Below the pieces are notes generated by a model. It ran no database searches, was not told the origin of the DNA, and saw nothing but the letters and a program-made list of their open reading frames with translations. 64,000 nucleotides of DNA from Rhina ancylostomus (Eukaryota), in NCBI GenBank assembly GCA_030265395.1, contig JARFYF010000017.1, forward strand, positions 26,697,593-26,761,592, written 5' to 3'. Below, piece by piece: positions 49,115 to 63,120 of the stretch (the stretch's first letter is position 1; each line of letters starts with the position of its first letter). The translations under genes and the position numbers were made by a program.

Positions 49115-49546
49115 CATACAGTCATTGGGCAATGGCTTGTCCAGTGGTCAAAGATGACATCCAGGATATTGATGATGAGGATTCAGCACTGTCAATGCCA
49201 TCAACATCAAGAGTAGCTGCTTAAGCTCTCTCATGTCGAGGATGGTCATTGCCTGGCACATGTGTAGCATACTGTAAATATTGCACACTACCTATCAGTC
49301 CATACCTGCAAATTTTCATCCATGTCACACATCATTTAGGTGTGGAAATATATCAGCATTCCCTTTGTTGTGGCTGAGTATGTGTTTTAGAAACAGATCC
49401 CAACAGTATATTGGAATTACCATCATCAAAAAGATGCAGCAGTTCAAAGGAAACTCACAACCAGCTTCTCATGGGGAAACTAGGCCTTAAAAAGAAAAGC
49501 AGGTCTTGCCTGCAATATGCAGATCTGATGAATGAATAAATTAAAA
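49115..49546. mobile_element. CR1-group LINE insertion with inverted 5' part
   Basis: 49115-49325 on minus strand resembles the ORF2 segment at 50950-51110 (CQAMTI...INILDVIFD..WTSH); 49326-49546 on plus strand is the 3' end of the same family, ending GATGAATGAATAAATTAAAA. Confidence 0.65.
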
Positions 49547-50952
49547 TACCATACCCAGTAAAATGTGTCATATCTTGAGATGGGTGTAAATAGATCTACT
49601 TGTGGAGTACATTACTCAGGTGCCAAACTGGTATACGTAGGGAATCTAAGCAATTCCACTATGACAGAATGGCAATAGATTTCCAAGCTGCGTGGGTCAT
49701 GTGGGCATTAAAGGTATGGCATGAGTGGATTGCTTATTTATTTGCTCCATACAAGTGAAATGCCCTCCTACTTTGCCAGTATGTTTCAGAAGGGTCAGTA
49801 ACTAGGGGATATCTGGTGGGATGACAAACAAGAAGATCTGGGTTAAAATGTAAACACAGGTTTTGTATTTTGGTTTTCATTTGAACTCAGTCATGTTTAA
49901 TGGTTCGTATACACATCCAACAGGTAGAGGGTCTTATGATTCTTGCTGCTTAATATAAATATGTGACATCTCTGCAGCATACCAGAAGTGAGATTGTTTG
50001 GCAAGATGTTTTGGTGATGAGCTGACAGTGGAAAATTACATGGAGTAGAGTTGGTACCACTGCAATAAACTCAAACAATTCCGCTAGCAAAAAAGAATAC
50101 TCGTAAGTCATCTGCCAAGTCAAAACTAAACTCAGCAACATTAAGGCAAAAATATTCTTGTTTCCGATCAAACTTTCTTCAGCCTGAGACAGACAAGCGG
50201 TTTTCTTTTTATCCCCAAATATTCCTGAAAAGTGGAGATGCAATGGTGCCGAAGCTACAAGCTACAGCAGGTCCAGAGGATCAGCGGATTCTAGGCCAAA
50301 CTGTTTTTTAGGCAAAGGCTCAACTCCTTTTCACTGTATTAAGTTACTTAGCAAAGTTCATTAAGTGGATAACTAATCTGATGTTATAATTTATTTAAAA
50401 TAAAACACACAAGCTAAACACAAGCCAGGGCAGTAGGATGTTGTTTATTTTTATATAATGAACATAAATTTAGATTCACGCTGCCATAAAAAACCTTGTG
50501 ACGCCTTTCTCTATTTCCACATCAGTAATGTTGACAAATGTCAGGATGCCAAGGAAATTGTGGAAATAATGTGGTAAAAACTACATTATTACATGCTTGG
50601 CCCAGAAGCAGACATATTTGCGAGAAACCAAATCTCTGATATTTAGGGAAGGTAGAAAGGGAGGATGACTGAGGACATCTTTGCCAACAGACCCCACCTG
50701 AGTTAATGGCAGCACCTAATTATCAGTTTTGAAGTTTGCTTCTCACTCTCAGCTGGCTCAATTGAGATACTGGCTGGCTGGCATTTCATAAATTCTATAG
50801 TACTGATCTGCAGTGATGTGCACAAAGGAAGAAGAGACAGATCAGCATTTGGGAGTCACCTCTTGGGACCTGGAGAAAAAAGGGAGAAAATCACAGGTCA
50901 ATGGGGAGATTGAAGTCAGAAGGAAGAAGAATGTAGAGAAATGGAGATGGAA

Positions 50953-51490
50953 GTGGCAGGTCATATTGATGCCACAAAAGTAGCAGGCAATGACTATTTC
51001 CAGCAAGTGAGAGTCTAACCAACTGCTCATGATATTCATTACCAGGTCATGCACCATCAATATCCTGGGGATCATCATTGACCAGAAACTCAACTGGATC
51101 AGTCACGTAAATACAAGAGCAGCTCAGAGGCTGGATATCCTGTGGAAATAGCTCACCTTCTGTCAAGGTATATCCAAAAATGCACAAGCCATTAGCGTGA
51201 TGGAATATTCTCCCCTTTCCTGGATGTGCAGCTCTAACAATTTGTAAGAAGCTCAACACCATCCAGGATAAAGCTTCCCACTTCATTACCACCCCATCTA
51301 CCACCCTAACTATTAATTATGTCTAGCACTGTGGCACACTAGCTGCTTTTGTAACACCTACAAAACTCAAAAGGGATTGCAGCAATTCAAATGTGTGGCC
51401 CACCACATCTACTCAAGGGCAATTAAGGATGGGCAATAAATGCTAGCCTTGGCAGCACTGCCCGGTTTCTGAAGATGAATTATACAAAAG
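50953..51490 (+). mobile_element. CR1-group LINE ORF2 C-terminus and 3' end
   Basis: WQV..MPQK.QAMTISSK..TINILGIIIDQKLNWISHVNT..VMEYSPLSWM..KKLNTIQDKA; tail CAAGGGCAATTAAGGATGGGCAATAAATGCTAGCCTTGGCAGC. Confidence 0.85.
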
Positions 51491-51889
51491 GAGAGAGCAT
51501 TGTAGAGGGCTGGAGAGTTTGGGGAGGAGGAAACCACAGAGGTCAAGGAAAAGGGGAATTGCTTTATACAAAGGTACATTATATATGCAAAACTAGACTG
51601 CTTTGTCTAGGCCACTTACCACATTGATGGTAATGAACACATTATTGATAGCTCACACAATGGCACACCAAACTATTCATCTAAGTGCACGGAAGCTGCC
51701 ATCATGATTCTGCCATTTCAAAGTTTGAGAAAAATCAGCAAAGTTGGAAATAATTGACGAGTCCCAGAGAGTTCAGGAATTGGGTGAGAAGGTTATGAAT
51801 TATTAAAGAGGAGGGAAGAAAACCACAGAAGGTGTTTGTGGAGGACAAGTGTTAAAGGGGCAGATGGTAAGTGGCGGGTGACATCAGGA

Positions 51890-52020
51890 GAACATCTGAC
51901 TGGGGAGATGGAGGGTGTTAATCTAATAGTCAGCTGGGCTGCTGTTCCATAGAACCAGTATGGACATGACAGGCCTCACAGCGTTGTTGTATTCTTCAAC
52001 CATTCCATGATTCTGTGACT
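51890..52020 (+). mobile_element. CR1 3' UTR remnant
   Basis: AGAACCAGTATGGACATGACAGGCC...CCATTCCATGATTCTGTGACT terminal pattern. Confidence 0.45.
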
Positions 52021-55000
52021 TGTTTGACGGCGCTGAGGAGAAGCACTCCTGTCTCTCCTGGCTCACTCTTCCACCTCCTGGAAATAGATTTGTCATCTTG
52101 TCTCTATGCTGCATTTGAGAAGTTAAATGTTGGGGGTTTGAGGTGGCTTGTGTTTGGGTCAGAGAATTTTTAAACTGTTATTTCCTACAAAGAAACAGCC
52201 CCACCTCAAAAAAATAATAAAAGTACTAATACCTGCATTATTAATGTCTTTGTCCATTTAGCAAGCTTTGACTAAAATTGTAAAGTTTCATTCTCACTGC
52301 CTGGAGGAGTGGATTTCCTGTCCACTGAAGAATCAGCCTAAATTCATTCCTATAAGATCAATGAAATTAAGTTCAGCCAGGTTCTACAATGAGTAGGTGA
52401 TGTGATCTGCTAGGTCACCCAGCAAGTAATGAAGATGATTCATTATCCAATTGTCTTTGTTACTAACACATAACACACAGTATGGAGCTGTGTCATAGAT
52501 ATATTTCGAGAACATTCATTTTTGAAAAAATAGTGACTTCCAGAAGAAGCAAATAAAATCTGTGGAACTACATTTTCCTGGGAGAGGGTAAAGAACAAAA
52601 AAATCTAAAAAGTGGCTCTTCAATATCCTGTTTTAGATGAATTAGGTAGTTTTGACATTGAATAGCAATTTGTATCTAATTGAGTTGATGGCCTTACATC
52701 CAGGCAATAAAATAAGTGAAATCATATTTTTTCTTACGAGGGAAATCTGTTCCTACTGATACTAAGACTGTATTTGTGATGCACAATATCCCATATTGGG
52801 TCTATAAGTCAGAACAAAAATGCTGGAACACAAAATTTTCCTTTATGGTTTTGCACCCGGGTTAGATTCAAATGATACTTATGGAATATGTTTTCTATAT
52901 TAATAGAATGTCCAGGGACTTAAAGGTATCCATATTTAAAAGGTAACAACATATGTCGATGCAAGCAATTATGACTAAAGTTCTCATCAAGTATTACAAT
53001 TTCATGTGAGGGATTGCTCAAATTGACTTGTTAAAAATAATACTTAAACGTCAAAACTATTTGTTAAAATACAAGTTTTCTCAGCAGCAAAGTAAGAGGA
53101 AGTCACATAATCACATTCCTACCATAAATTTGTGCTCACAAGACCCCTTCAGATGTTTTTTTCCCATTTTTCCCCTAAAAGAAACTTGGCTGCTATATCT
53201 TCCAGATCAAAGCAGGATCACTGTAATATCAGGAGCATGCAGTATAATTATCCCTACTTGTAACAAAATCCCTTCACTCCTGGGGCATGGTTAGAATCCA
53301 TCTGCCTTGGAGAGAATGATGATCTCATATTGTCATGGAACTGTAAGGGGAGCCCTTTGCTGTATTTGATTCAAGCTCCATCCAGCTTAATAAATAAATA
53401 AAGTTCATCACCAAAAACAAAGAAATAACCTGAACAATGGTTGTGAATTGGCAAATCTGCTCCCACAATCTTGGCTTGTCCAACAATGATTGCTTCACTT
53501 TGAAACCTTGCAATCAGTTCTGTAGAGAGCACAAATGCAGAGACCAAAACACAAAAAGAGCAATCAACAGATTATAGGGATGATAATTTAGTATGAATTG
53601 TTAACACCTGAATTTCAAAGGCAGTATACAATGCAATCAAATGACTATATAGTGCATTTATCGCTGTTGACTAGGGATGAATTTCTATGCAAGTAAGTTA
53701 CTAAATGGCGTCATCATGACANNNNNNNNNNNNNNNNNNNNNNNNNNNNNNNNNNNNNNNNNNNNNNNNNNNNNNNNNNNNNNNNNNNNNNNNNNNNNNN
53801 NNNNNNNNAACATGAACACCAACTGGGCCATGTGTCCTTTACTTGCAAATTCTATATACAGTGGATTGATTGGGAAACTGGCAACAGTGGTATCAAAGGA
53901 GAGCATAGCATTGCAACTCAGTTAAATGAGGCCTTGAATTTTATATGGAGGAATATAAAACAGCAATTGGATACTCGTACCATTTAGTTCACTGTCTTTG
54001 CCTTTCTTTACTTTCAATGATGCCTTATTACTTAAGTTAGTTCTCTACATTTTTTCTCTACTGTCTGAACTTGATACGAAGGAGCTTTGATTTTGTGGCA
54101 GCCTGTGACAATATTTACTTCATGAAGAGCTTCCTTAAAGCAAATGTTATTTTTCCATTTATTCACCTGCATCATGTGATGTGAGTTAATCTCTTAAATC
54201 TTTATTTTGGTGTCTAAGTGCCTATATATTGTTCTAGATCACTAGCACCACCTACGCAATATATAGCTTTTGACCAGGATAACTTTGCAACTAATTAAAT
54301 GGACAGAATTACCTCCCTCCACCTATTGCCTTTGATATTTAAATATGATTGTCAGTTTAAAAGAGAACACTCCTGCTAAAAGTGACACTCTTCTCACACA
54401 CCTGACTGCAGTGTGATTCTAGTCAAAGCTGGACTGAATCCAAATGTCAGCATGGTGGTAAGACATAGAGAGATTCTTATCAATTATAAAGAAAACAACA
54501 TTGGATTGCAAATACCATAATCAGAAGAATTCATAATTAACATTTATGCCAAGCAACAATCACAGGTAATAGATTCACTGCAATCTGCAAAATGAATGGT
54601 TGCATTGCTGAATAGCTAAATCTGTATCACTGCCTGGATCCCATTATTGCAGCACACACATGCCAAACTATACCTCGCAGATTTTGTTTTATAAAATCAC
54701 AGTCTTGTGATTCAATGTGAGTTCTCTTATAAAGTAGACAGACTCCAGAACCGATTGATTATTCTTTAGTTTCAAAGTACCTAATACTTCACATTATACA
54801 TCATTCTTTTTGCTCATTTACAGAAAATGAACTTCAGAAATTCTTTTTTAAAAGGTGGTTCCAAAGGAGACCTTTGGCTGCTCTATTATAATACAATCCC
54901 AAAACAGAATATTGGCTCCTGCCAAGCAAAGCTGCCAAAACTCTTTCACCTCTAACATAATCTGATAAGGACTCATGTAATGGAACAATATTTCGACAAA

Positions 55001-57499
55001 AAACCAGTCAGTCCAAGGCTCGGTACCAGAAAGAACTTCTGTTTCTGAGTTGTTTGGCTGGCCCTCTATGCTATCGCACATATTAAAAGCCTTCACTCCC
55101 TTTCCATTACAGGATGGTATATTTGCTTTTTAGTTCTCAAAGCAGTGAAGATTTTCTTAAGTTGTCCTAATAAAAATGATGCTTTACAGATACACATTTC
55201 ACTACTTGAAGTAGCTGGCATGCTATTTTGCAGATTTTGCTTCGTTCTTTTTTTTGAAAGTGCCAAAGAATTTCCTTTATCTACATGGTATACATAATTT
55301 GAAGGTAACAACACTTAGAACTAGGTGGAAATTCTGACAAAGGAAATTTATTTGTGTAGGAATGATAAATTCACGCCAAGTAACAGTTGATTGCTAGACT
55401 GTAACCAACTGAGTATTGGATGAAGTCAGCTTCAGGCAAACTGCTGGTCGATAATCCTTTGTTCTTCAAGTGGCTGCATCATGCTGCTTTTAAGAGTTTT
55501 TTTGCGTACATTAAAAATCCCAGACTTAGGAAAACAGAGTACTTGTTTGAGTCTGGGTCCCTGCAAAATGTTTCAGTGGTGACTTCTAGTTATTGTCAAC
55601 CAGGAGCTGTAACAATATCTCTCTCTGAACAAGATTTACCTTCTGAAAAAAGTAAAAGAAGTGACATTATTGCACAGTTTCTTTCCCCTCCATTGTTTAT
55701 GATAGGATGGAGAACCATTTTTGCACTGTCATAATTTTAACTCTATAGTTCCAAGGACAATGAGATTGGAGGAACTCTAATATATGAAGTTTCTCCAACC
55801 TGGTCAAGTTTGTTTATTATCTAAAGCTGACCACATGCTTACTCTGTTCAATTGTCTACAGGCAAAAGACATGACAAGGCTCCTGTTCTACAGATGTGTC
55901 AAGCAACGTTAATAAAAAGTTTGGAACCCAATCAATTAGAAAGTGATCAATGTAGTTGTTACTTGTAAGGACCCACTGTATACTTCTGTGCATGTCATAT
56001 GGCAAATGTTAATGGCTTTTTTATTTGTTTTCTGTTTTCTTTCATATAATGGGAAAACACAACATTGGTTGGAATGAAATTAAATGAGAGGATTCCTTGC
56101 TTCTTTTTCTCCCTTTACCCTGACGAAAGCAATAGCTCCAGAGACTAGCCTCTCAAGCCAATACCATGTAATGTACTTTTCTTCAATGCAAATCTTACAG
56201 TTAATTGTAAAAATGGACTAATGATGTAGATTACTTGTTAAAATGCTCTGCTAGCCTTGTGATTACGTTACAATGCAACATATTTGTTTCCCTTCAATCG
56301 TTGCTATTGTTCTTTTCTCTCCTTCCAAAATCTTAAAAGAAATTTGTATAGAAATAATAGTCTTTGAATACAGATTATTATCAATATGTTGTTAGTTGTA
56401 GACTGGAAAACAGTGCAACCACTTCAGTTAAAGTACTGTGCTCTGCAGCAGTACCATCCTAAAGGACAGTGTGTGGTACTTTATTACTGGGGCATGTGGA
56501 AATGTTTTTAAAACATTGTTAACTCTACATAAATATGTAGACATGTAGGGATTTTTCTCTACTGAAGCAGCGATGCCTCTCTTTGATGATGATTATGAAG
56601 GGAAACAGGAAGCGATGCTCTTGGATCCCAGCATGGGGGACCATATTATAGACTACAGCTTCAAACCAGAAGGAATAAAGTTCATTCCTGATTTATAAAA
56701 CCCTTCTTAATAAATTAAAAATGTGACAGGTTTGCCTTTTTTTCCAGTCACTTTTTTACTAAGTTAGTTGTACAGTCTGCACATAACCGCACACTCCAAT
56801 TTGTCACGGAAAACCCAGTGTCAATGCTACATTTGGGCGTAAAGTACCATCGACATGAAAAGCAGATGGATGGTTATTGGTGTGTTAAGGAAAACATGTA
56901 GTACATACAGTTTCATTATTGTTTGGTGCAGCTCGGATCTTGTGATCAGCAATTCAGAGCACATGATTCATCAACAAGACATTTTTAACCATGCAAGAGA
57001 AATGCTGTCTGATCCTTCAATCTTACTGACAGGTCAAACATGCTGATTAATAGTTAATCTTTATGATATGACTTTTTAATGTATTTTTATACTTTACACT
57101 GCCTGGGAGAGCCACAAACATAAAGCTCATGATCTGCATCATGCCCAGTCTAGTAATATTAGTATACAAACTGATATTAAAAAAATTAAATCCTTACTTG
57201 GTTGTAATTGAGTCTAATCTAATTGTTTAATACTTTTTTAAAAAAATCAAAAAAATTGACCCTGGTGTGTTTCTGTTTAAGATATCTTCCAATTCCAATT
57301 AATTCCTGTATGCTGATTATATGTTTAATTGTCAATTATAACTGAGAAATTGAATCAGATCATTGGAATTAATTAAATGGTCACAAGGAATTAAAAAATC
57401 AAATTTTCACTGAGGATGAATGTCGATGAAAATACATATTTTCCACCACCATTTCTATTGTGATTGGCATAGCAGGGCCAGTTGGCAGATTGAGTACAA

Positions 57500-58834
57500 A
57501 ACTCGCTGGGTATTAGGATTCAGAGGATGATGGTGGAAGAGTGTGACAAGTGGTGTACCACAGGGATTGGTGTTCAGACCTTTGCTATTTGTATATATAT
57601 TAATGATCTGGATATGAATGTTGGAGATGAGATCAGTAGGTTTGCAGATAACATGAAAATCGGTGGTGTTCTTGATAGTGAGAATTGTCGTAGGCTACAG
57701 GATCATATTGATCAGTTGATAAGAAGGGCAGAGCAATGGCAGATGGAAATCAATCAAGTGCAAGGTGATACATTTTGGGATGATCAATATGATTAGGACA
57801 TACACAATGAATGGTAGGGCTCTAGGGAGTATTGAGGAATGGAGGGACCTCAGTGTCCAAGGATTCTTGAAGCTTGCGGTACAGATAGATAAGGTGGTGA
57901 AGAAGGTATAACCAGGGTACAGAATATAAGTGTAGGGAGGAAGGTTATCATTTATAAAACATTGGTTAGGCCACAGCTGGAGTGCTGTGTACATTTCTGG
58001 TCACCACACTATAGGAAGAGTGTGATCGTACTGGAGAGGATGCAAAGGAGATTCACCAAGATATTGCCTTGGATGGAGCTCAGTTATGAGGAGATATTGG
58101 ATAGGCTAGATCTGTTTTCCTTGGAGCAGAGAAGGCTGAGGAGCAACTTGATAGAAATATTCAAATTATGAGGGGAATAGATAAGATATAAGCTAAGATA
58201 CATGGATAGCAGGAATCCTTTCCCCATGGCAGATGTCTCTAAAAGGTATCAGGTTCTGGTAAAGGGTATGAAGTTTAGAGAGGATCTGAGGAAGAACTTT
58301 CTCTCCCAGAGGGTGGTTGGAGTCTGGAATACAATGCCTGAATAGGTGGTGGAAACTGGTACTCCCAAAACTAAATGTATCTAGTTGGACACTTGAATTG
58401 CCAAGGCATAGAAGGTTACAGTCCAGGTGCTGGTAACAATATAAGATAAGATATCTTTATTCATGTGTATTTTGAAACACACAGTGAAATGCATCTTTTG
58501 TGTAGAGTGTTCTGGGAGCAGCCTGCAAATGTCACCATACTTCTGGCATGCCCACAACTTCCTAACCTGTACGTCTTTGGAATGTGGGAGGAAACCGGAG
58601 CACCCGGAGGAAACCCACACAGACACGGGGAGAACATATGAACTCCTTACAGACAGCGGCCGGAATGGAACCTGCGTCACTGGCGCTGTAATAGCATTAT
58701 GCTAACTGCTACACTACTGTGCCTGCGATAGGTATTTATATTGATGGTTATATTGATAGGTACTTGATGGTCTGCATGGACATAGTGGGCTGAAGGGCCT
58801 GTTCCTGTGCAGTATGATTCTCTGACTCTATGAC
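57500..58834 (+). mobile_element. CR1 LINE, RT C-terminal half and 3' UTR (pseudogenised; V-SINE inserted in the UTR)
   Basis: VPQG...YINDLDMNVGDEISRFADNMKIGGV..LQDHIDQL..AEQWQMEIN; LVRPQLECCVHFWSPHYRKSVIVLERMQRRFTK; tail TATGATTCTCTGACTCTATGAC. Confidence 0.95.
58441..58726 (-). mobile_element. V-SINE with (ATCTT)n tail
   Basis: Reverse-complement copy of 434-737; tail ATAAGATAAGATATC, head CTACACTACTGTGCCTGC. Confidence 0.9.
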
Positions 58835-61800
58835 AATGCCAGGGTACATCCGGAAAGAAAACAAGGGCAAAGTAGAGAACCAGCTGCAGCAGTTTGCATG
58901 GGAAATTTTAACATCCACAATAGAGTGACAGAGATGGAATTTTTGGGAGACAGTTCAGGGAATGAGATTGAGATTTCGGGGTCTTGGAGAGGTGCCAAGT
59001 TTTGCCCAATCAGAGATAAGATTGCATGAGATGTAAAAACTCTGCCCTGTCTCTTAGGTGTGATTTATACCAAGGTCCTAGCAGCCCACTTTGCTGGTGT
59101 TAAAGAACCAATATCCTGGTCAAAGAAAAATCAAATTGTACATTGGCTGATGTTAATTTCTTAGTCAACAGCAGAATAAATGGAGTCTTCCATTGCATTG
59201 TTGGATATTACTGTGTACAAAATTTACCCATCAAACTATGGACAACTTATGAAGTTTCTTTTTTTTGTTAACATTTGTCACTAATTTAGTAACAAATTTA
59301 ATACTTAAATCAATGCTAGTCATTCAAACTACAGTGATAACGTAAACACAGTCCTGTAAGTATAAGTTTAATAATGACATCAATATTGCACTATTTCCCA
59401 GAAAATTACATTTAAAATATGATACTTTTGAGTGGCAATTTTTAGTAATGGATTGGAAAATATCTGACTATTGAGTGCAATAATTCTTTTAGAATTCTGC
59501 AGAAAACATGCTCTGCAGAATGTGAAGTCTAATCCAACCTGCGGGTAAGATAGACATTTTATAAAAATAGTTTATGAATTTAAAAGAATTATGCCTTTTT
59601 AACAAAAATACTCTGCCAGTCATAATGGTCTATTTGTAAAGTTAAATATATATGTAGTTAAAGCTTCTTTTTGCAATATGTGGGTAAATCTCACACCAAA
59701 ATAAAGCTGTGAAAACTCTGATGTAGTCAGCTGATAACAACACAATCAATTGCTTTCATTCCCAATAATTATGAACCCTCATACCCAATACATAAAAGAG
59801 TTGTATGTAAATTATAATTATTGTTCATTGTCTGGGCTGAGTGCAGGAAAGAATTGCTGGTGTGGCAGAGTATTCCATAGAATCTGCAAGTGCAGAGCTA
59901 AGATTAAGCATTGTTAGTCAATTCATTATACTACAGAAACAATCTGTTTTGCAAAAAGCTTTAAGGACTGGATTTTCCTCCTGATATGCACTGATACTTG
60001 TGTAATTTATACACCAACAAGTTGGTTTGGCTTAAATGATCACAAAAAATTGGGTCTGAATGAACTATTCTCTGAACTACAATACACCTGAGCAATCTTT
60101 TAAGTGTGTCCATTGTGCCTTGTATCTAAGTGAGCATCTGTCCACAAAGATAGTTAAGTGCCAGCATCGTGATTTGAGTTTCCTCTAATGCTGCTTGTTG
60201 GCAGGCTTGATCACAATGAATAACATAAAGGATGGTCCATTCTCTGGCTCCACCACAGCTTTACATGATGGTGAAGGAGAGGTGAGAATGTTTTAGAAGC
60301 CTGTTGTTGTTGATAGATGGCTTATCAGCTACAAGGCCTAATGTCTGGTTTATAGCACCATAACAGGCAGCATAAATACAATGAGGCCAATGTTTCTACT
60401 AAGCAGGTAATTAAGAAAGCAAGGTGCTAGCTGGTTGATTGAGGATCCTGGAGTGGGTCTGGGAACACAGTGCAGAATCCACTGGGGGCAGTGGCTAGAC
60501 AGTACTGGTGTATTCCGTTGTCCAGAACTTCCACATTGTTAGAAGGTTTACCATGAATGTCAATACTTCTGAAGAAGAGCCAGAACAAATGGCAGATGGT
60601 GTACTGCAGGAGCCAGAGCAGAGAGGTGTCCAGAAGGCAAGTGCTCACTCAACAGGGCTGTCAGAGTGTGACTTCTGGAGCAGGCATTCACACAGTGAGC
60701 TCTGCCCCAGCAACTCACCCCACACCACTTCCACTGCCAGACAGTAGGCAAGAGTAAAAACAGCCACTAACCTGGTCTGTTTAAGTTCAAGTGATTCATC
60801 ACAAGAAATTTAACTCTCTAACCTCAATAATAAATGGTAAACATATATCGATTACAAGCCGCATTGTAAGTGTGCAGAAGGCAAACATTTAATTGTTTCA
60901 TTTGTACAATCCTGTCATGTGAAAAACTATGCAAGAGCTGTATTAAACTAAAGCATTTCAACATGAAGAAGAGTAGAAGTAAAAGCATTGGTGCCTGGAT
61001 AGTAGCGTGATTCAAAGCTAATCAGTCATTTAAAAAAAATGATTTGCTTGAACAATGAAACATGTACTTGGCATTCCTGTGGAACCTCTGTGCTCTCACA
61101 GAAACAGGCTGTTTCGTTCCACTGAGGAATCGGACTGCTTGAGTAACACTTTGAACAATCACTTGGAAAAATTATTTCAGGTTTGAAACTTAACATCCTC
61201 TCGATGTAATTGTGGAATTGCCAGGGAAAATATGGCCATGGTTCTTCCATTTCCTCACCACTTTTACAGCCACATGTCACAAAGCAGGAAAATATGGATT
61301 TGGGTTAAACTAACAGTCTAAAGCAGGAATGCTGTAACTGCAACAAAATTCAGACCATTGTCTATTTAAAGCAGAACCTTCAGTTCAATGAAGCCACTTT
61401 GAAAGCTGACTGGACATTTGGTAATTTCTTGCACTAAGATGTTGATTAAAGTGTTTGAAACTAACCAATGCATTTATCAATTTCTATCAACTCAGATCTC
61501 TTAAATGACTGACAGCTTGAGAATCTTGTTGAGATAGTGGGTTTGACTGACAGCTACATCTGAGGTGAAGATGAATACCAGAGTTATGATTTTTATGGTC
61601 AGTTCTGGTGCTGGAACTCCTGACTGTGAACATAAATTTCACAATGTCTGCGTCATTTACTGGTTAATCTGATGTTATCAGGGGAAAGGTGCACCCAAAG
61701 GACTGCTTGGATCGTCAGCAGCTGCATAAGAAACATGGATTTGTGTGGAACAGTACTTAAAGGATCAGTGTGATACCAACTATTAATACAGAGTTGCAAA

Positions 61801-61894
61801 TTTGTGAGTCTTGACATTCCTAGAGTTTAGCAAAGGTTTGCAAATAATTCCATGCCAAACATGATTTCTTAACCTTTATCATTCCCATCAGCTG

Positions 61895-63120
61895 TAACAA
61901 GATCCAACTACTAGCCACATCTTCACCTCCCCACCTTCCAGGGGGACCACTCACTCTGTGACTCGGTGGTCCACTCATCCCTCCCCACCTATCCCTCCCA
62001 TCACCAGGAACTTTCCCCTGTAACTACAGGAGGTGAAGCTCTTGTCCCTACACCTCCTCCCTCACCACCATGTGGAAACCTAAACAACCCTTCTAGGTGA
62101 GGCACAGATTCACAGGCATCTCTTCCAACCTTGTCCATTGTATTCGGTGTTCCCGACGTGGCCTCCTCTACATTGGTGAGACCAAGTGCAGATGAGGGCG
62201 ACCGATTTGCAGGGCTTGTGCACTCTCTCTGCTATGGCCATTTCAAGCTCCCNNNNNNNNNNNNNNNNNNNNNNNNNNNNNNNNNNNNNNNNNNNNNNNN
62301 NNNNNNNNNNNNNNNNNNNNNNNNNNNNNNNNNNNNNNNNNNNNNNNNNNNNCCCAGTTGCATGCCATTTCAATTCCTCTTCCCATTGCCCCATTCCCAC
62401 ACCAACATGTCCATCCTCAGCCTTCTCCACTGCCAGGGTGAGGCACAATGCAAACTAGAGGAATAACACCTCATATTCTATCTGGATAGTCTACAACCCA
62501 ATGGGATGAGCACTGAATTTTCCAGTCTCAGGTAACCCTCATTTCTGGTGCATTTTTACCCCCTGCCTTCCCCTCCGATCTTCCTCCAGTCCTTCTGTTT
62601 TTGTCCCCTGTTTTGTTCCATCCACCTATTGCCCACTCGTTTCACCCACCAACTCCTCCCTCCCCATCTGGTTCTGGTTCCATCTGCCCTTCACCTTTCC
62701 CTTTATGGTTCCCATTATCACCTTCCTTACTAATCCCATTCCAGCACTAGTAGCCCTTGCGTTCATGTTTATCACCCACTGAGCTATCTCCACCTTCGCC
62801 CTCCTCTCCCCTCCACCCACCTGGCTCCATCTGCCTTCTTTTTACCTCCGTCTATCATTCACCTGCCTCTGTCTTCCAAAACCATCTCTCCCTCTGCCCC
62901 TCCCCTACCTGGCTCGATCTGCTTGCTATCCCTCATACCTCCTCAGCCAACCAGTCACCTACTGGCCCATGTGTGTCACCAGTCCCCCTCTCCTCTTAAC
63001 CAATTATCTTCCCTCTCCACCCTTCCTCCTAATGCAGGATTTTGACTCAAAACATTGACAATTCCTCTCCCTGAATTTTTCTTGACTCTCTGAATTCCTC
63101 CAGCAGATTATTCGTTGTTT
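61895..63120 (+). mobile_element. Penelope-like retroelement 3' part: GIY-YIG endonuclease pseudo-ORF, pyrimidine-rich UTR and terminal repeat
   Basis: SPGTFPC..RR..SCPYTSSLTT...FTGISSNLVHCIRCSRRGLLYIGETKCR...PVACHFNS..LLHCQGEAQCKLEE.HLIFYLDSLQPNGMSTEFSSLR*; terminus CTAATGCAGGATTTTGACTCAAAACATTGAC...TGAATTCCTCCAGCAG. Confidence 0.9.

Noticed and set aside
56119-56150. CTGACGA hammerhead-like start
   Set aside because: No stem II followed by GAAA, and no family flanks
60427-60757. Overlapping short ORFs in a GC-richer patch
   Set aside because: No domain similarity or clear splice boundaries; cannot be supported as an exon
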